A DNA stretch of 64,000 nt, taken from positions 192,834 to 256,833 of the forward strand of contig CAYLJV010000002.1 in the NCBI GenBank assembly GCA_964384105.1, given 5' to 3'. This document shows positions 39,183-49,594 of the stretch, in pieces (the stretch's first letter is position 1; each line of letters begins with the position of its first letter). The position numbers were made by a program, and so were the translations under genes. Under the pieces are notes generated by a model. That model saw only the letters and a list, made by a program, of their open reading frames with translations. It made no database searches and had not been told where the DNA came from. This DNA comes from Candidatus Hadarchaeota archaeon. GTDB taxonomy: Archaea; Hadarchaeota; Hadarchaeia; Hadarchaeales; JAGGTB01.

Positions 39183-39917
39183 TCAAAGAATATAGCTTAG
39201 ATCGCTTTCTCCGCCACTAACAGAAGGCATCTTTATTTTAGGGGGTTTAAATTTAGGCAAATCTGGAACTTCATCTTCGAAATCAGATAGATCTAAAGAT
39301 AAATCGAAAATTTTAGAAAAGACAGACAGGACTTCCTTGGAGGCTCCAGGGTCCTTGCCTTTACCCTGAGTGGTTCCAAGTAAACAGAAACCTTGGATTT
39401 CTTTATCCGCAGCCAAACTAACGAGAAGACCATTCATTCCTACTATCTGCCCCCCACTAAGTAAATCCACACCTTTAGAACTAATCTCCTCCGCTAAGTC
39501 TGAATTCGTCGCAGCACCCACTACCGGAGACTTTTCTCCTTCTGGATTTAGAAAAGCTGCCATCGTCAGAATCGTATCAACACCCTCCTCCGACAAAACT
39601 TCCAGTATTTCCTCGGACAAATCGTATTGATCTTTGGGGGAAGATGCTTGAGCATCGGCTGTTATGAGGATAAGATCCCTTTTGAGACCCTCCGCGCTTG
39701 CATAATAGAAATCTACCTTCAAATTACGAATAAGGCCACTTTCTCTAATCACCCAACCAGGAAATTTATCCGAGCTTAGTTCGGCGAACTTCTCTGCATT
39801 CAATTTTTCAATTAAATACTCGACAGCTATCTTACCGATAAGGGCTATACCCGGCAGGCCAGCTACTACTATCGGTTTTTTTAGATTGGGTTTCTTCAGA
39901 TAATTAAGGTCTGACAT
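39183..39917 (-). CDS. PAC2-family protein (archaeal proteasome-assembly-chaperone-like)
   Basis: VVAGLPGIALIGKIAVEYLI motif typical of PAC2/COG1938. Confidence 0.6.
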   Translation of the reverse strand: MSDLNYLKKPNLKKPIVVAGLPGIALIGKIAVEYLIEKLNAEKFAELSSDKFPGWVIRESGLIRNLKVDFYYASAEGLKRDLILITADAQASSPKDQYDLSEEILEVLSEEGVDTILTMAAFLNPEGEKSPVVGAATNSDLAEEISSKGVDLLSGGQIVGMNGLLVSLAADKEIQGFCLLGTTQGKGKDPGASKEVLSVFSKIFDLSLDLSDFEDEVPDLPKFKPPKIKMPSVSGGESDLSYIL

Positions 39918-39967
39918 CATCAATAGAAAAAACAAACTGATAGAATTTAAAGACTTGGTAGATAAAA

Positions 39968-40945
39968 ATGGACTTACTTCCTGTTGAAAACGGGGAAATA
40001 AAGATTAGACCCCTAGCTTTTGAGAGCCTAGGAGTCAGGGGTATGGCAACATATCTCGAGACAGACGATATAGAGATGATAATAGACCCAGGCTCTGCAC
40101 TCGGGCCAAGATTCAGGCTAGATCCTCACGAGAGAGAATACGTTGCGTTATATAAAAGCAGGGAAGAAATTCTATCAGCTGCAAAAAAAGCTAACATTCT
40201 CTCAATAAGCCACTATCATTTTGACCATTTTGTCCCAAACTTCGAAAACTGGAAATTTATCTGGAGTTCTCCAGAAGTTGCTGAGCAGCTTTACACCGAT
40301 AAAATAATCCTCGCAAAAGATATTACTGATAAAATTAACACGAGCCAGAGAAAACGTGGCTATCTTTTTAGAAAGAAAAATCATGATCTTGCCGAAGAAA
40401 TCAGATCTGCTGACGGAAAAGAATTTGAATTCAATGCTACAAAACTAAAATTCTCGAAACCTTTCTATCACGGAGAAAAAAACACGAAACTAGGTTTCTG
40501 CCTTATTCTAGCCGTAAAAACGTCCAATTCTACTCTTATTCACGCATCGGATGTTCAAGGACCTATGCAAAAAGAAACTCTTAAATATATAATATCACAA
40601 AAGCCCGATCTTTTGATTATCGGAGGGCCACCAATTTATCTAAGTTTCAAATTAGAAGAACGAAACCTCGAAAACGCTCAAAAAAATCTAATCAAATTAG
40701 CAGAAAACATTCCAAAAGTCGTCGTCGATCACCACCTTCTCCGAAGTCTGAAATACAAAGAGTTTTTAGAACCTATCGAAAAGAAAGCTGCCGATTCGAA
40801 TAATGAAATTCTAACAGCATCCAAACTTATGGGAAAAGAACCAAATCTACTAGAGGCTAGAAGAAAGGAACTTTACAAGAAAGAACCAACTGAGAAAGAA
40901 TGGCACGAGAAGGTAGAAGAAGGAGATTTCAAGGAAGGCTTCTAA
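39968..40945 (+). CDS. UPF0282-family archaeal MBL-fold protein
   Basis: PLAFESLGVRGMATYLETDD...IDPG N-terminus characteristic of UPF0282. Confidence 0.6.
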   Translation: MDLLPVENGEIKIRPLAFESLGVRGMATYLETDDIEMIIDPGSALGPRFRLDPHEREYVALYKSREEILSAAKKANILSISHYHFDHFVPNFENWKFIWSSPEVAEQLYTDKIILAKDITDKINTSQRKRGYLFRKKNHDLAEEIRSADGKEFEFNATKLKFSKPFYHGEKNTKLGFCLILAVKTSNSTLIHASDVQGPMQKETLKYIISQKPDLLIIGGPPIYLSFKLEERNLENAQKNLIKLAENIPKVVVDHHLLRSLKYKEFLEPIEKKAADSNNEILTASKLMGKEPNLLEARRKELYKKEPTEKEWHEKVEEGDFKEGF

Positions 40946-42790
40946 TCACATTCTACCTGGAGCTTCTATTCCCAAAAGTCGAAGGGAGTTTTCTAAAACT
41001 ATCTTTACGCACTTTACTAGCTTAAGCCTTGAATACATAAGGTCCTCCTCTTCAGCATGGAGTACCGGAGCGACTTCATAGAATTTATTGAACAAAAGGG
41101 CAAGTTCTGAAGCATATGTCGCCACCTTATGCGGTTGCAAATTCTCCCCTGCTTCTCTAACCACTTCTGGAAACTTTACAAGTTTAGTAATAAGCTCGTC
41201 TTCTATCTCTTCTTCAAAGACGTAGTCTTCCAGTTTTCCCTTCACCCCTTCAGCTTTTCGAAGTATATTGTTCGCTCTTGCATGAGAATATTGAATAGCC
41301 GGACCGCTATTACGATCAAAATCAAGTACTTCCTCCCACTTGAAAACAACCTCCTTCTCTGGAGAAGAACTAATCAGAGAATACCTAAAAGCCCCAACTC
41401 CAACTGACTCAGCAGCTTTTCTTATGAAATCTTCGTTTGAATCAGGATTTCTTTTTTTAACCTCTTCCCTGGCTCGCTCGACTGTCTCATCTAGAACATC
41501 ATCAACAGAATATCCCATCCAAGTACCTTTTCTACCCTCAAACTTTTCCGATTCTAACCGGACATGCTCGTAAGCAAGGTGGTGGGAGTTTCTATACTCT
41601 TTCTCGAAGCCCATCACTTTCAAAGCAGAAAAAACGACATTTTGGGGATACCTTTGCTCCATTCCAATAACGTTTATGACTTGATCGGCTGAACCAAAAT
41701 CAATATTCGAATCGCTTTCAGGAACAGTTGTATATGTTTTAACACCACTCGGCCTCTCAGAATGGATATCGAAGCAAAGATTAGCCTCAACTTTACCGAA
41801 TTTCCATAATTGATATGCAATATCTCTAGCAGTATAAACTGCCGTCCCGTCGGACCTAACTAAGACTTTGTCTTCAAGACCAAAATCACTTAAGTGTAAA
41901 ACCATCGCTCCTTCATGTTTCCCCTCACCTTCTACCAAATAGGGAGTCTTTCTCAAGAGTCCCAAGCTCTCTTCTAACATGCCAGTCCTAGAGATATCAC
42001 TTTCCCACACCAATAGATCATAATCTATATCTAGGCGATCAGTAGTCTCTAAGTTAGATTCTACACAGAGAAGAGACATCTCTCTGGCTTCTTGAGCTAA
42101 TTCCCCTCTTCCTTTTTCCATACTAGAAAGTACATTTCTAGCTTTCTGTTTCAATTCAGAATTTGATTTAGCCTTCTCATGAAAGTCTACGTATAATTTT
42201 CCTAAGTAATGATCAAATTTTTCTCCTGAAACCTCTTCGTCCGCCTTATAGGCGATTAGAGTTTGTGCTACCTGTAGACCCAGATCATCTATATAATTTT
42301 GAACCTCCACATTCTTCCCGCAAGCTTTCAAAATCCTCGCCATAGTATCCCCAATAACCGCATTCCGACCGTGTCCGATATGGAGAGGCTTGGTGGGATT
42401 TACACTAGTATGTTCTATGACAACCTTCTTTTCATCATGGTCTAGATGACCATATTCCGAACCCCTCTCCTCTATATTGTCCAAAGCCAAATTAGAAAGA
42501 ACAGACATTTCAACAAAGAAATTAATATACCCTCCAACGGCCTCTACTTTCTCGACCAAACCTCCAGGTTTGAGATTCTCTGAAAGTTCTTGAGAAATGT
42601 CCTCAGGTGACCTATGGAGGTCTTTAGGTAACTCAAAACACACGGTGGAAGCCATATGTCCAAAAGAAGAATCCTGTGGCTCCTCCAAAGACTCCTCTAA
42701 ATCTTTCTTTGGCCAACCTAATTTTTCAAAGCCTTCTTCAAGGATTTTCAGTACATCTGATTTGAACCCTCTCCAGAGATTTTCTGCCAT
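40946..42790 (-). CDS. argS: Arginine--tRNA ligase
   Basis: Class I HIGH motif (PLHIGHGRN), 614 aa. Confidence 0.9.
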   Translation of the reverse strand: MAENLWRGFKSDVLKILEEGFEKLGWPKKDLEESLEEPQDSSFGHMASTVCFELPKDLHRSPEDISQELSENLKPGGLVEKVEAVGGYINFFVEMSVLSNLALDNIEERGSEYGHLDHDEKKVVIEHTSVNPTKPLHIGHGRNAVIGDTMARILKACGKNVEVQNYIDDLGLQVAQTLIAYKADEEVSGEKFDHYLGKLYVDFHEKAKSNSELKQKARNVLSSMEKGRGELAQEAREMSLLCVESNLETTDRLDIDYDLLVWESDISRTGMLEESLGLLRKTPYLVEGEGKHEGAMVLHLSDFGLEDKVLVRSDGTAVYTARDIAYQLWKFGKVEANLCFDIHSERPSGVKTYTTVPESDSNIDFGSADQVINVIGMEQRYPQNVVFSALKVMGFEKEYRNSHHLAYEHVRLESEKFEGRKGTWMGYSVDDVLDETVERAREEVKKRNPDSNEDFIRKAAESVGVGAFRYSLISSSPEKEVVFKWEEVLDFDRNSGPAIQYSHARANNILRKAEGVKGKLEDYVFEEEIEDELITKLVKFPEVVREAGENLQPHKVATYASELALLFNKFYEVAPVLHAEEEDLMYSRLKLVKCVKIVLENSLRLLGIEAPGRM

Positions 42791-42862
42791 ATTTCTGCAC
42801 CAGATTTATTTGAGCAAGTATATTCAAGAACTTAATGGGTTTTAAGAAAATATGGTGAAAAA

Positions 42863-44140
42863 ATGTTACTACACGTTGGGATAGACGATACAGACTCAAA
42901 AGAAGGAATGTGCACAACCTATGTAGGCGCCGTAATATTAGATGAGTTAAAGAAGTTAGGTATAAACTACGTCGGATATCCTCATTTAATCAGGCTTAAT
43001 CCCAACTGGAAATGGAAAACCAGAGGGAATTGCGCAGTCTCTTTTACATTAAAAGTTGAGGAAGAAGATATTCCCCTTGTTAAAAAAATCACCTTGGAAA
43101 AAGTGGAAGAACTAGCCGAGTTACAGATAGAAGAAACGACGCCGGGAGTCGTATTTCTAGAAGGAAACGTGCCACAAGAACTGATTAACTATTCGAAAAA
43201 GACAGTTCAGGAAATAATAACAATGGAAGAAGCCGAGGAACTAGCCGATAAAATTGGTGCCGAATTACATAAATTCCGGGAGGGAAGAGGTATAATCGGT
43301 GCCCTAGCGGCCATAGGCCACCCCCTAGAAAAAGACTGGACATATGAGCTGATTGCTTATAGGATAGAAAAAAATAGAGGTACTGAAAGAGAAATAGCCC
43401 CTAAATCCGTAGAAGAGATGAACGAAGCTACATACCCTGATACTTTTGATAACTTAGATCTCCAAACCGGCGAAATTAGAATTACCCCTCATACTCCCTG
43501 TCCAATACTATACGGAATAAGATCAAATACAGCCGAAACCGCGGTAGAGGCCAAAGAAATGGTAAGGTCTAAGGAACCTATAGAACGGACTCTATTATAT
43601 AAAACAAATCAAGGGACGGACGAACATCTCCAAAATTCTGAAATAAATGAGGCCGACCCCTATAAATCCGTGATTGTAGAAGGTACAGTTTCCGAAAAAC
43701 CCGAAACGATTACTGGTGGACACGTATTCTTCACTATAGAAGACAGGAACGAAAGAATAAATTGTGCAGCTTTTGAACCTACCCGCAGATTCAGAAGTGT
43801 TATAAGAAAACTTGTTCCAGGGGATCGAGTGAAGGTATACGGTGGAATAAAAGAAAAACCAGAATTCCCAACTACAGTAAATCTGGAAAAAATCGAGATT
43901 TTAGAACTAAAAAATTTGAAGAAAAAAGAAAATCCTGTCTGCAAGAATTGCAAAAAGAAGATGACATCTGCAGGAAAGAATAAAGGATACGTATGTAAAA
44001 AATGTAGAACAAAACTCCCGCCCGAAGCAGCTAAAGAGATTGAGATAGAGCGAGAACTAGAAACCAAAATATATGAAGTCCCGCCCAGAGCAAGAAGACA
44101 CCTCGCTAAACCTCTAATAAGAAAAGAAGAAAATAACTGA
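42863..44140 (+). CDS. tiaS: tRNA(Ile2) 2-agmatinylcytidine synthetase TiaS
   Basis: N-terminus MLLHVGIDDTDSKEGMCTTY matches TiaS/DUF1743; C-terminal Zn ribbon CKNCKKK...CKKCRTK. Confidence 0.75.
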   Translation: MLLHVGIDDTDSKEGMCTTYVGAVILDELKKLGINYVGYPHLIRLNPNWKWKTRGNCAVSFTLKVEEEDIPLVKKITLEKVEELAELQIEETTPGVVFLEGNVPQELINYSKKTVQEIITMEEAEELADKIGAELHKFREGRGIIGALAAIGHPLEKDWTYELIAYRIEKNRGTEREIAPKSVEEMNEATYPDTFDNLDLQTGEIRITPHTPCPILYGIRSNTAETAVEAKEMVRSKEPIERTLLYKTNQGTDEHLQNSEINEADPYKSVIVEGTVSEKPETITGGHVFFTIEDRNERINCAAFEPTRRFRSVIRKLVPGDRVKVYGGIKEKPEFPTTVNLEKIEILELKNLKKKENPVCKNCKKKMTSAGKNKGYVCKKCRTKLPPEAAKEIEIERELETKIYEVPPRARRHLAKPLIRKEENN

Positions 44141-44164
44141 TTTTGTTATGGGTGTAACAAAAAG

Positions 44165-44290
44165 CTATCTCTTTTCTATCGTGTGCTCACAGCTTGTACA
44201 CTTCCATTTCTCGAAAACGTCTTCACCGAAAGAAAAAGGAACTAAATCACCCTCATTACAAACAGGACACTTTGGAAAGATACTTGGCAA
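44165..44290 (-). CDS. Candidate 41-aa zinc-ribbon mini-protein downstream of moaE (TTG start with GGAGGTGGAGGA SD)
   Basis: Hand translation: (M)PSIFPKCPVCNEGDLVPFSFGEDVFEKWKCTSCEHTIEKR; strong SD 8 nt upstream; not in the ORF track. Confidence 0.25.
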   Translation of the reverse strand: MPSIFPKCPVCNEGDLVPFSFGEDVFEKWKCTSCEHTIEKR

Positions 44291-44360
44291 TCCTCCACCT
44301 CCTTTATTTCGCTTATCACAAAAAAATCTAAAATTCTAGCTTATATAAACTCCGCCAAGA

Positions 44361-44795
44361 TCAATCGGAAACCTCATGTATCCAATAATCCTCTTCTTCT
44401 GTAACTTCCTTCTTCCATATACGAACCTCTTTCTTTATACGGTCCATTATTTTCGGCAAGACCTCGAAAACTTCTTTCCTATGGCCCCCACCTACCAGAA
44501 CATATACTATATCCTCTCCAGGACCCAAATCATCAACAATATGAAAAATAGATACTTTAGAAATACCTTCCATAAATTCCTCGAAATCAGACGCTATATC
44601 CCTAAGTTCCTTATCGGCACTTTCAGAGCACTCATATTGTAATTTTTTTACTTTCCCACCCTTTTTGCCCTTTCTACGAACGATCCCGATAAAACTTCCA
44701 ATAGCTCCTACTTCTTCTCCTAATATCCTCTTAAATTCCCTCAACAGAGTAGAAAAATTCAACTCTCCTTTCTTATAAACTCCCGATTCTTTCAT
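44361..44795 (-). CDS. moaE: Molybdopterin synthase catalytic subunit MoaE
   Basis: GGHRKEVFEVLPKIMDRIKKEVRIWKKE matches MoaE conserved C-terminal region. Confidence 0.7.
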   Translation of the reverse strand: MKESGVYKKGELNFSTLLREFKRILGEEVGAIGSFIGIVRRKGKKGGKVKKLQYECSESADKELRDIASDFEEFMEGISKVSIFHIVDDLGPGEDIVYVLVGGGHRKEVFEVLPKIMDRIKKEVRIWKKEVTEEEDYWIHEVSD

Positions 44796-44924
44796 AAAAT
44801 CACCTAGTTATGAGTATCTATTACTTTAAACAGTTTTAGTCGACGAAAATAGAGAATTTTTTTGGAAATAGAAACCAGTCAAACATTATTAAAAATTAGA
44901 AAACCAAAACCTCAAACAGCAAAG

Positions 44925-45200
44925 ATGAAAAAGAGAGCTCATGTTTATATAAGCGGTCGAGTCCAAGGAGTGTTCTTTAGAGCAACTACTAGGGAAGAAG
45001 CCAGAAAAAGAAGAGTCAAAGGGTGGGTAAAGAACCTAACAGACGGTCGTGTAGAGGCTGTATTCGAAGGAGAAAAAGAAGATATTGAAGAGATGATCGA
45101 TTTTTGTAATAAAGGACCTAGGGCTGCAGATGTCAAAGAAACAAAAGTGGAATGGAAAGAATATGGAAACGAATTCGAAGAATTTACAGTACGGTACTAA
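44925..45200 (+). CDS. acyP: Acylphosphatase
   Basis: VYISGRVQGVFFR signature; internal Met start preferred (track starts 44862). Confidence 0.8.
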   Translation: MKKRAHVYISGRVQGVFFRATTREEARKRRVKGWVKNLTDGRVEAVFEGEKEDIEEMIDFCNKGPRAADVKETKVEWKEYGNEFEEFTVRY

Positions 45201-45315
45201 GCAAGAAACTATTTTACGATAGCGATCGAAAACAACTAAAACACTGATCAGACGGAATGAAGATCGAAATCACGAAAGCTCCTACAGAAACCACTCAAAG
45301 ACGTTTCTCCCAAAG

Positions 45316-48228
45316 GTGAGCAATAAAGCTTTCACAAATTATGAGGATCTAAAAATGTCAAAAGAAAAAAGCCTGTTCAACAGACTAGTCAAACCTCTAA
45401 CCAATCTTCTCGAGGAGAAAGGCTTTCAAACTCCGACGCTACCTCAGAAAAAAGCAATTCCCCCGATATTAGATGGAAAGAACACATTGCTTATCGCCCC
45501 AGCCGGTACAGGGAAAACAGAAGCAGCATTTCTCCCGATACTAAATGAAATCTTAAAAAAGCCGAGAGAGGATGGGATAAAACTAATTTACATAACCCCT
45601 CTTCGGGCACTAAATAGAGATATGTTAGATCGGATGATGTGGTGGTGCAGGGCTCTTGATTTGAAGGTAGCTGTCAGACATGGCGACACATCGAAAAGAG
45701 AAAGAAGAAAACAAGCCCTTAATCCCCCTGACGTACTAATAACTACACCTGAAACCTCCCAACTTCTCCTAGTTGGAAAAAGAATGAGTCAACATACGGC
45801 AAGTGTAGACTGGGTCATAGTAGATGAGGTTCACGAACTTGCTGGAAACAAGAGAGGAGCTCAACTAGCTCTCACCTTAGAAAGAATGAGGAGACTTAAG
45901 GGTGGAGATTTCCAGATAGTAGGTCTATCAGCAACCGTTGGTTCTCCAGAAGAAGTAGCCAAGTTTCTGGTAGGGGTAAACAGACCTTACGAAATAGTAG
46001 ACGTCTCAATGGTCAGAGAGATAGATTTAGATGTTCTTTATCCAGATGTAACAGAAGAGGACGAAGCGTTATCCTCAGAGATTTTCACTTACCCAGAAGT
46101 TGCTGCCCGTCTCAGAGCCATGAAAAACCTAATCGAAAATCATGAAACCACACTAATTTTCACAAATACAAGACCTATGTCAGAAGTACTAGCAAGTAGA
46201 TTCAAAATGTGGGACTTGAATTTTCCAATTAGTATACATCATGGATCACTCTCGACTTTCGCAAGAAGAAGAACTGAGGAAAAACTGAAAAAAGGAGAAT
46301 TAGTCGGAGCGATTTGCACCTCTTCTATGGAATTAGGTCTAGATATCGGAAAAGTAGATCTATGCATACAGTACAATTCACCAAGGCAAGTAGACCGGCT
46401 TCTCCAACGAGTTGGTAGGAGTGGACATAGAATCACTGAAAAATCGGAAGGGTGGATTATAGTAAAAGATTCTACAGACGGACTCGAATCTTCAGTGATA
46501 ATAAAAAGAGCAAGAACGCAGAAACTTGAACCTATCCAGATCCCGGAAAAACCTCTCGACGTACTATCTCACGAATTAGTGGGCATGATAGTTTCGGCGA
46601 AAGAATGGGAAGTCGAAGATGCTTATAATATAGTTAAACGGGCTTATCCCTTCCGGAACCTCGAAAAAGAAGAAGTAATAGACGTACTGAAATTTCTAAC
46701 TAATATGAATAACAGGCTAGTTTGGCTTCGACCAGATGAAAAAGTCTTCGTTCGGCCAAAAAGAACAAAAAGGGTCTTCGATTATTATTTCGGGACTCTC
46801 TCTATGATACCGGAAATAAAACAATATGTAATAATAGACGACACGAAAGATGAAGCAGTAGGGGTCTTAGATGAGCCTTTTGTAGCGGAATACGGGGAGC
46901 CAGGAGCAAAATTTGTAGTAGGAGGATCTATCTGGAGGATAGTCCAGGTATTCAAAAACAAAGTTTTCGTGAAACCCGTAGAGGACCCTGTTGGAGCCGT
47001 GCCTTCCTGGGTTGGAGAAGAGATTCCCGTACCTTATTCAATATCCCAAGAGGTAGGATCTCTAAGAGAAGAATTGGTAAAAAAACTGAAAGAAAAAGAA
47101 AATTTCGACGAAGCCATAAAATTAATTTCAAAGGAATGGGAACTCGATGAAGCTTCAATCAGAAAATCCGCTATTCCCATAAAAGTGCATTTTGAAAAGG
47201 GATTTGCCGTTCCAACTGATAGAAAAATAGTCTTAGAGAAATCATCAGACACTTTAGTCGTCCACACTTGTTTTGGAACCTTAGTCAATAGAACTCTAGG
47301 AAGGTTCATTGCAAATCAGGCGGCAGACGAGCTTGGAGAATCCGTAGCTATCACCGTAGACCCATATAGAATACTAATTCGATCAGAGCGCCTCACACCC
47401 ATGGAAATAGAAGCCATATTAAGTGGAGAAATTAACCCAAATTTCGAAAAAGCTTTGGAAGAAGTAATAGAGGAAAGTCAATTCTTCAAATGGCGTATCG
47501 TTCAAATAGCAAGGCGGATGGGTTCCTTGAAAGTGGAATCAGATATAACGAGTTCCGAGGTAGACCAGATGATAAAAGGGCTAAAAGATACGCCCATCTA
47601 CAAAGAAACATTCAAAGAAGTAGTCTGGAAGGACCTCGATTTATCAAAGACTCTGGAGATCCTCCGAGATATAAGAGATGGAAAAATAGAATTACATTCC
47701 TTAGGTGTTCTATCAGAACCAACACCAATATCAACGTCAGCTCTGGAGGAACGGTCACTCTCTTTTGAACCAGTATCACCCAAGAGAATGAGAAATTTAA
47801 TTCTTGGCTCTGTAAGAGCCAGACTTCTCAGCGAAGAAAGAACATTCGGGTGTATTGATTGCAAGGATTGGGTCACCGCAAAAGAGATACACGAACTAAG
47901 CGATCCACCAACCTGTGAAAAGTGTGGATCTAAAAAAATAGGTATGATAGAAGAAAAAGTCAAATCGGTAAGGAGAACTCTCGATAGAGTAAATAAAAAT
48001 CCAAAAAAAGGGAGGAAAAGCAAAATCTGGAAGGAGATGAAGAAAACATCGAAACTTATATCAAAACATGGTAAGATAGCGGCAGCGGCATTGGCAGGGA
48101 AGGGAATAGACCCCTCCGCAGCAGAAAGAATATTAAAAAAAGAAAACAGGATATCCGAAGAGTTTCTAGATTTGATTATGGCAGAGGAAAAGAACTCATT
48201 ACTCAAAAGATACAAGAGCTATAAATAA
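45316..48228 (+). CDS. lhr: Lhr-type large ATP-dependent DEAD/DEAH-box helicase with C-terminal zinc ribbon
   Basis: Motif I APAGTGKTEAA, DEVHE, SAT, HHGSLS, QRVGRSGH; C-terminal CIDCKDW...CEKCGS; 970 aa. Confidence 0.8.
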   Translation: MSNKAFTNYEDLKMSKEKSLFNRLVKPLTNLLEEKGFQTPTLPQKKAIPPILDGKNTLLIAPAGTGKTEAAFLPILNEILKKPREDGIKLIYITPLRALNRDMLDRMMWWCRALDLKVAVRHGDTSKRERRKQALNPPDVLITTPETSQLLLVGKRMSQHTASVDWVIVDEVHELAGNKRGAQLALTLERMRRLKGGDFQIVGLSATVGSPEEVAKFLVGVNRPYEIVDVSMVREIDLDVLYPDVTEEDEALSSEIFTYPEVAARLRAMKNLIENHETTLIFTNTRPMSEVLASRFKMWDLNFPISIHHGSLSTFARRRTEEKLKKGELVGAICTSSMELGLDIGKVDLCIQYNSPRQVDRLLQRVGRSGHRITEKSEGWIIVKDSTDGLESSVIIKRARTQKLEPIQIPEKPLDVLSHELVGMIVSAKEWEVEDAYNIVKRAYPFRNLEKEEVIDVLKFLTNMNNRLVWLRPDEKVFVRPKRTKRVFDYYFGTLSMIPEIKQYVIIDDTKDEAVGVLDEPFVAEYGEPGAKFVVGGSIWRIVQVFKNKVFVKPVEDPVGAVPSWVGEEIPVPYSISQEVGSLREELVKKLKEKENFDEAIKLISKEWELDEASIRKSAIPIKVHFEKGFAVPTDRKIVLEKSSDTLVVHTCFGTLVNRTLGRFIANQAADELGESVAITVDPYRILIRSERLTPMEIEAILSGEINPNFEKALEEVIEESQFFKWRIVQIARRMGSLKVESDITSSEVDQMIKGLKDTPIYKETFKEVVWKDLDLSKTLEILRDIRDGKIELHSLGVLSEPTPISTSALEERSLSFEPVSPKRMRNLILGSVRARLLSEERTFGCIDCKDWVTAKEIHELSDPPTCEKCGSKKIGMIEEKVKSVRRTLDRVNKNPKKGRKSKIWKEMKKTSKLISKHGKIAAAALAGKGIDPSAAERILKKENRISEEFLDLIMAEEKNSLLKRYKSYK

Positions 48229-48237
48229 TTTCTAGAT

Positions 48238-48798
48238 TTAATCAGGACTCTCCTCATCTAAATCTTCAGCTTCCTTGCTCAATAATTGCTTAAGCATCTC
48301 TTTTTGATCTATCTCGACCCTAGCCCTCCAATCCATATACAGCATTCCCTCATCCTCGGAAATATAACCCATCTTGATGAACCTGTTTATATTTCGATCC
48401 ACCTGCCATTTTGGGAACTTTTCTCTAAGAACATCCTTAACCTCTTCCGTAGGGGCCTTACCCCTCTTAGACTGAATATAAGCCAATATTATCGTAAGAG
48501 TTGCCATATCATCAATTCTCCACCCAAACGTCCTATCAGAAAGCCTAGGATGTCCTTTCATGGTAGCATAATATCTAGTCGGGCGATCTTTCTCTTCATC
48601 AATTTTTTTAATTGTAAGACCTATTTTCTGAAGCTCCTGATCTAACATATCAACTATTTCAGGATACTTTTTCCCCAAAGTCTTCTTTAGCTCCCAAGAC
48701 TTTGCACCAGGCTCTCTATGACGCTTGAATAAAATCAACTGAGCCGCTCTCTCCATTCTATCTCTAATTTCCTCTACCCTATCCTCTTCATCAGGCAT
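48238..48798 (-). CDS. ScpB-like tandem winged-helix protein (third gene of SMC-like operon)
   Basis: 186 aa; two wHTH-like segments (AAQLILFKR..., LTIILAYIQSKRG...); 8-nt overlap with upstream kleisin-like gene. Confidence 0.4.
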   Translation of the reverse strand: MPDEEDRVEEIRDRMERAAQLILFKRHREPGAKSWELKKTLGKKYPEIVDMLDQELQKIGLTIKKIDEEKDRPTRYYATMKGHPRLSDRTFGWRIDDMATLTIILAYIQSKRGKAPTEEVKDVLREKFPKWQVDRNINRFIKMGYISEDEGMLYMDWRARVEIDQKEMLKQLLSKEAEDLDEESPD

Positions 48799-49594
48799 TT
48801 TCTTTCCTCCTAGATTCCCAATCCTCGTAGGAAACAGCTATAGGAACAGAAGTCCCAGACTTCTCTTTCGAAGTTTCCCTTTCATCTCTGACCTTCAAAG
48901 TAATCTCTTCTTCGAGGGGGCTAAGCTCGATAGTAGCATAGCCATAACTCACGAGAAAGCTAACTAGCCACGCATTCAAAACCGTTTCCTTGAAACTATC
49001 AGAATCAATAAACTTCCAATAAGAAATCTTATTCTCTTCATCAGAAACTTCCTTCAATTCCTCCCAGGTCCTCTCTATTAACTTATCGAAATCCTCTCTA
49101 GAACCGAATCCAAATTCCTCAAGTTCCTCACGGCTAACTTCCTCTGGAAATACTTCTTCGGCTTCCAGCTCTGATCCTCTCTCAGATAACGGAGCCAAAT
49201 TGTCCCAATACTCTATCGCCTCACGAACACCTGGTTCTGAAATACATTCTAACTCGACAGTTTGATGAAGAGAATTTAGAAGCACGTAAGCCAGCTGTTT
49301 TTTCGAAAGTTCTCTCGCCTTCCAAGAAACAAGCATGGGGTCAAAATGAAGGATAGAAGATTTTTGCTTTATCCAATCCTCCTGCTGAGAGATAACATCC
49401 GTCAGGCCCAAGATTGCTCTAACATCGAGGAGGATCTCTTCCTGATCTTTCGTTTCGGGAAAGACCTCTCTCAACCTTTTCAAAAAATCTGCGACATCCA
49501 CTTCGAATGGATCCACTTTTCGATCGTCAACAGATTTCGAAAGCTCTATGATCCTCTCCATCAATTCCTTTTTCTTTTTTCTACTAACCATCAA
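48791..49594 (-). CDS. ScpA-like kleisin (segregation and condensation protein A family)
   Basis: N-terminal DPFEVDVADFLKRL and C-terminal FKETVLNAWLVSFLVSYGYATIEL winged-helix resemble ScpA termini; 4-nt overlap with SMC-like gene. Confidence 0.5.
   Translation of the reverse strand: MMVSRKKKKELMERIIELSKSVDDRKVDPFEVDVADFLKRLREVFPETKDQEEILLDVRAILGLTDVISQQEDWIKQKSSILHFDPMLVSWKARELSKKQLAYVLLNSLHQTVELECISEPGVREAIEYWDNLAPLSERGSELEAEEVFPEEVSREELEEFGFGSREDFDKLIERTWEELKEVSDEENKISYWKFIDSDSFKETVLNAWLVSFLVSYGYATIELSPLEEEITLKVRDERETSKEKSGTSVPIAVSYEDWESRRKENA

Noticed and set aside
44148-44339. 63-aa plus-strand ORF in moaE/tiaS spacer
   Set aside because: Low-complexity, no SD; the opposite strand carries a better candidate (SD + Cys4 mini-ORF).
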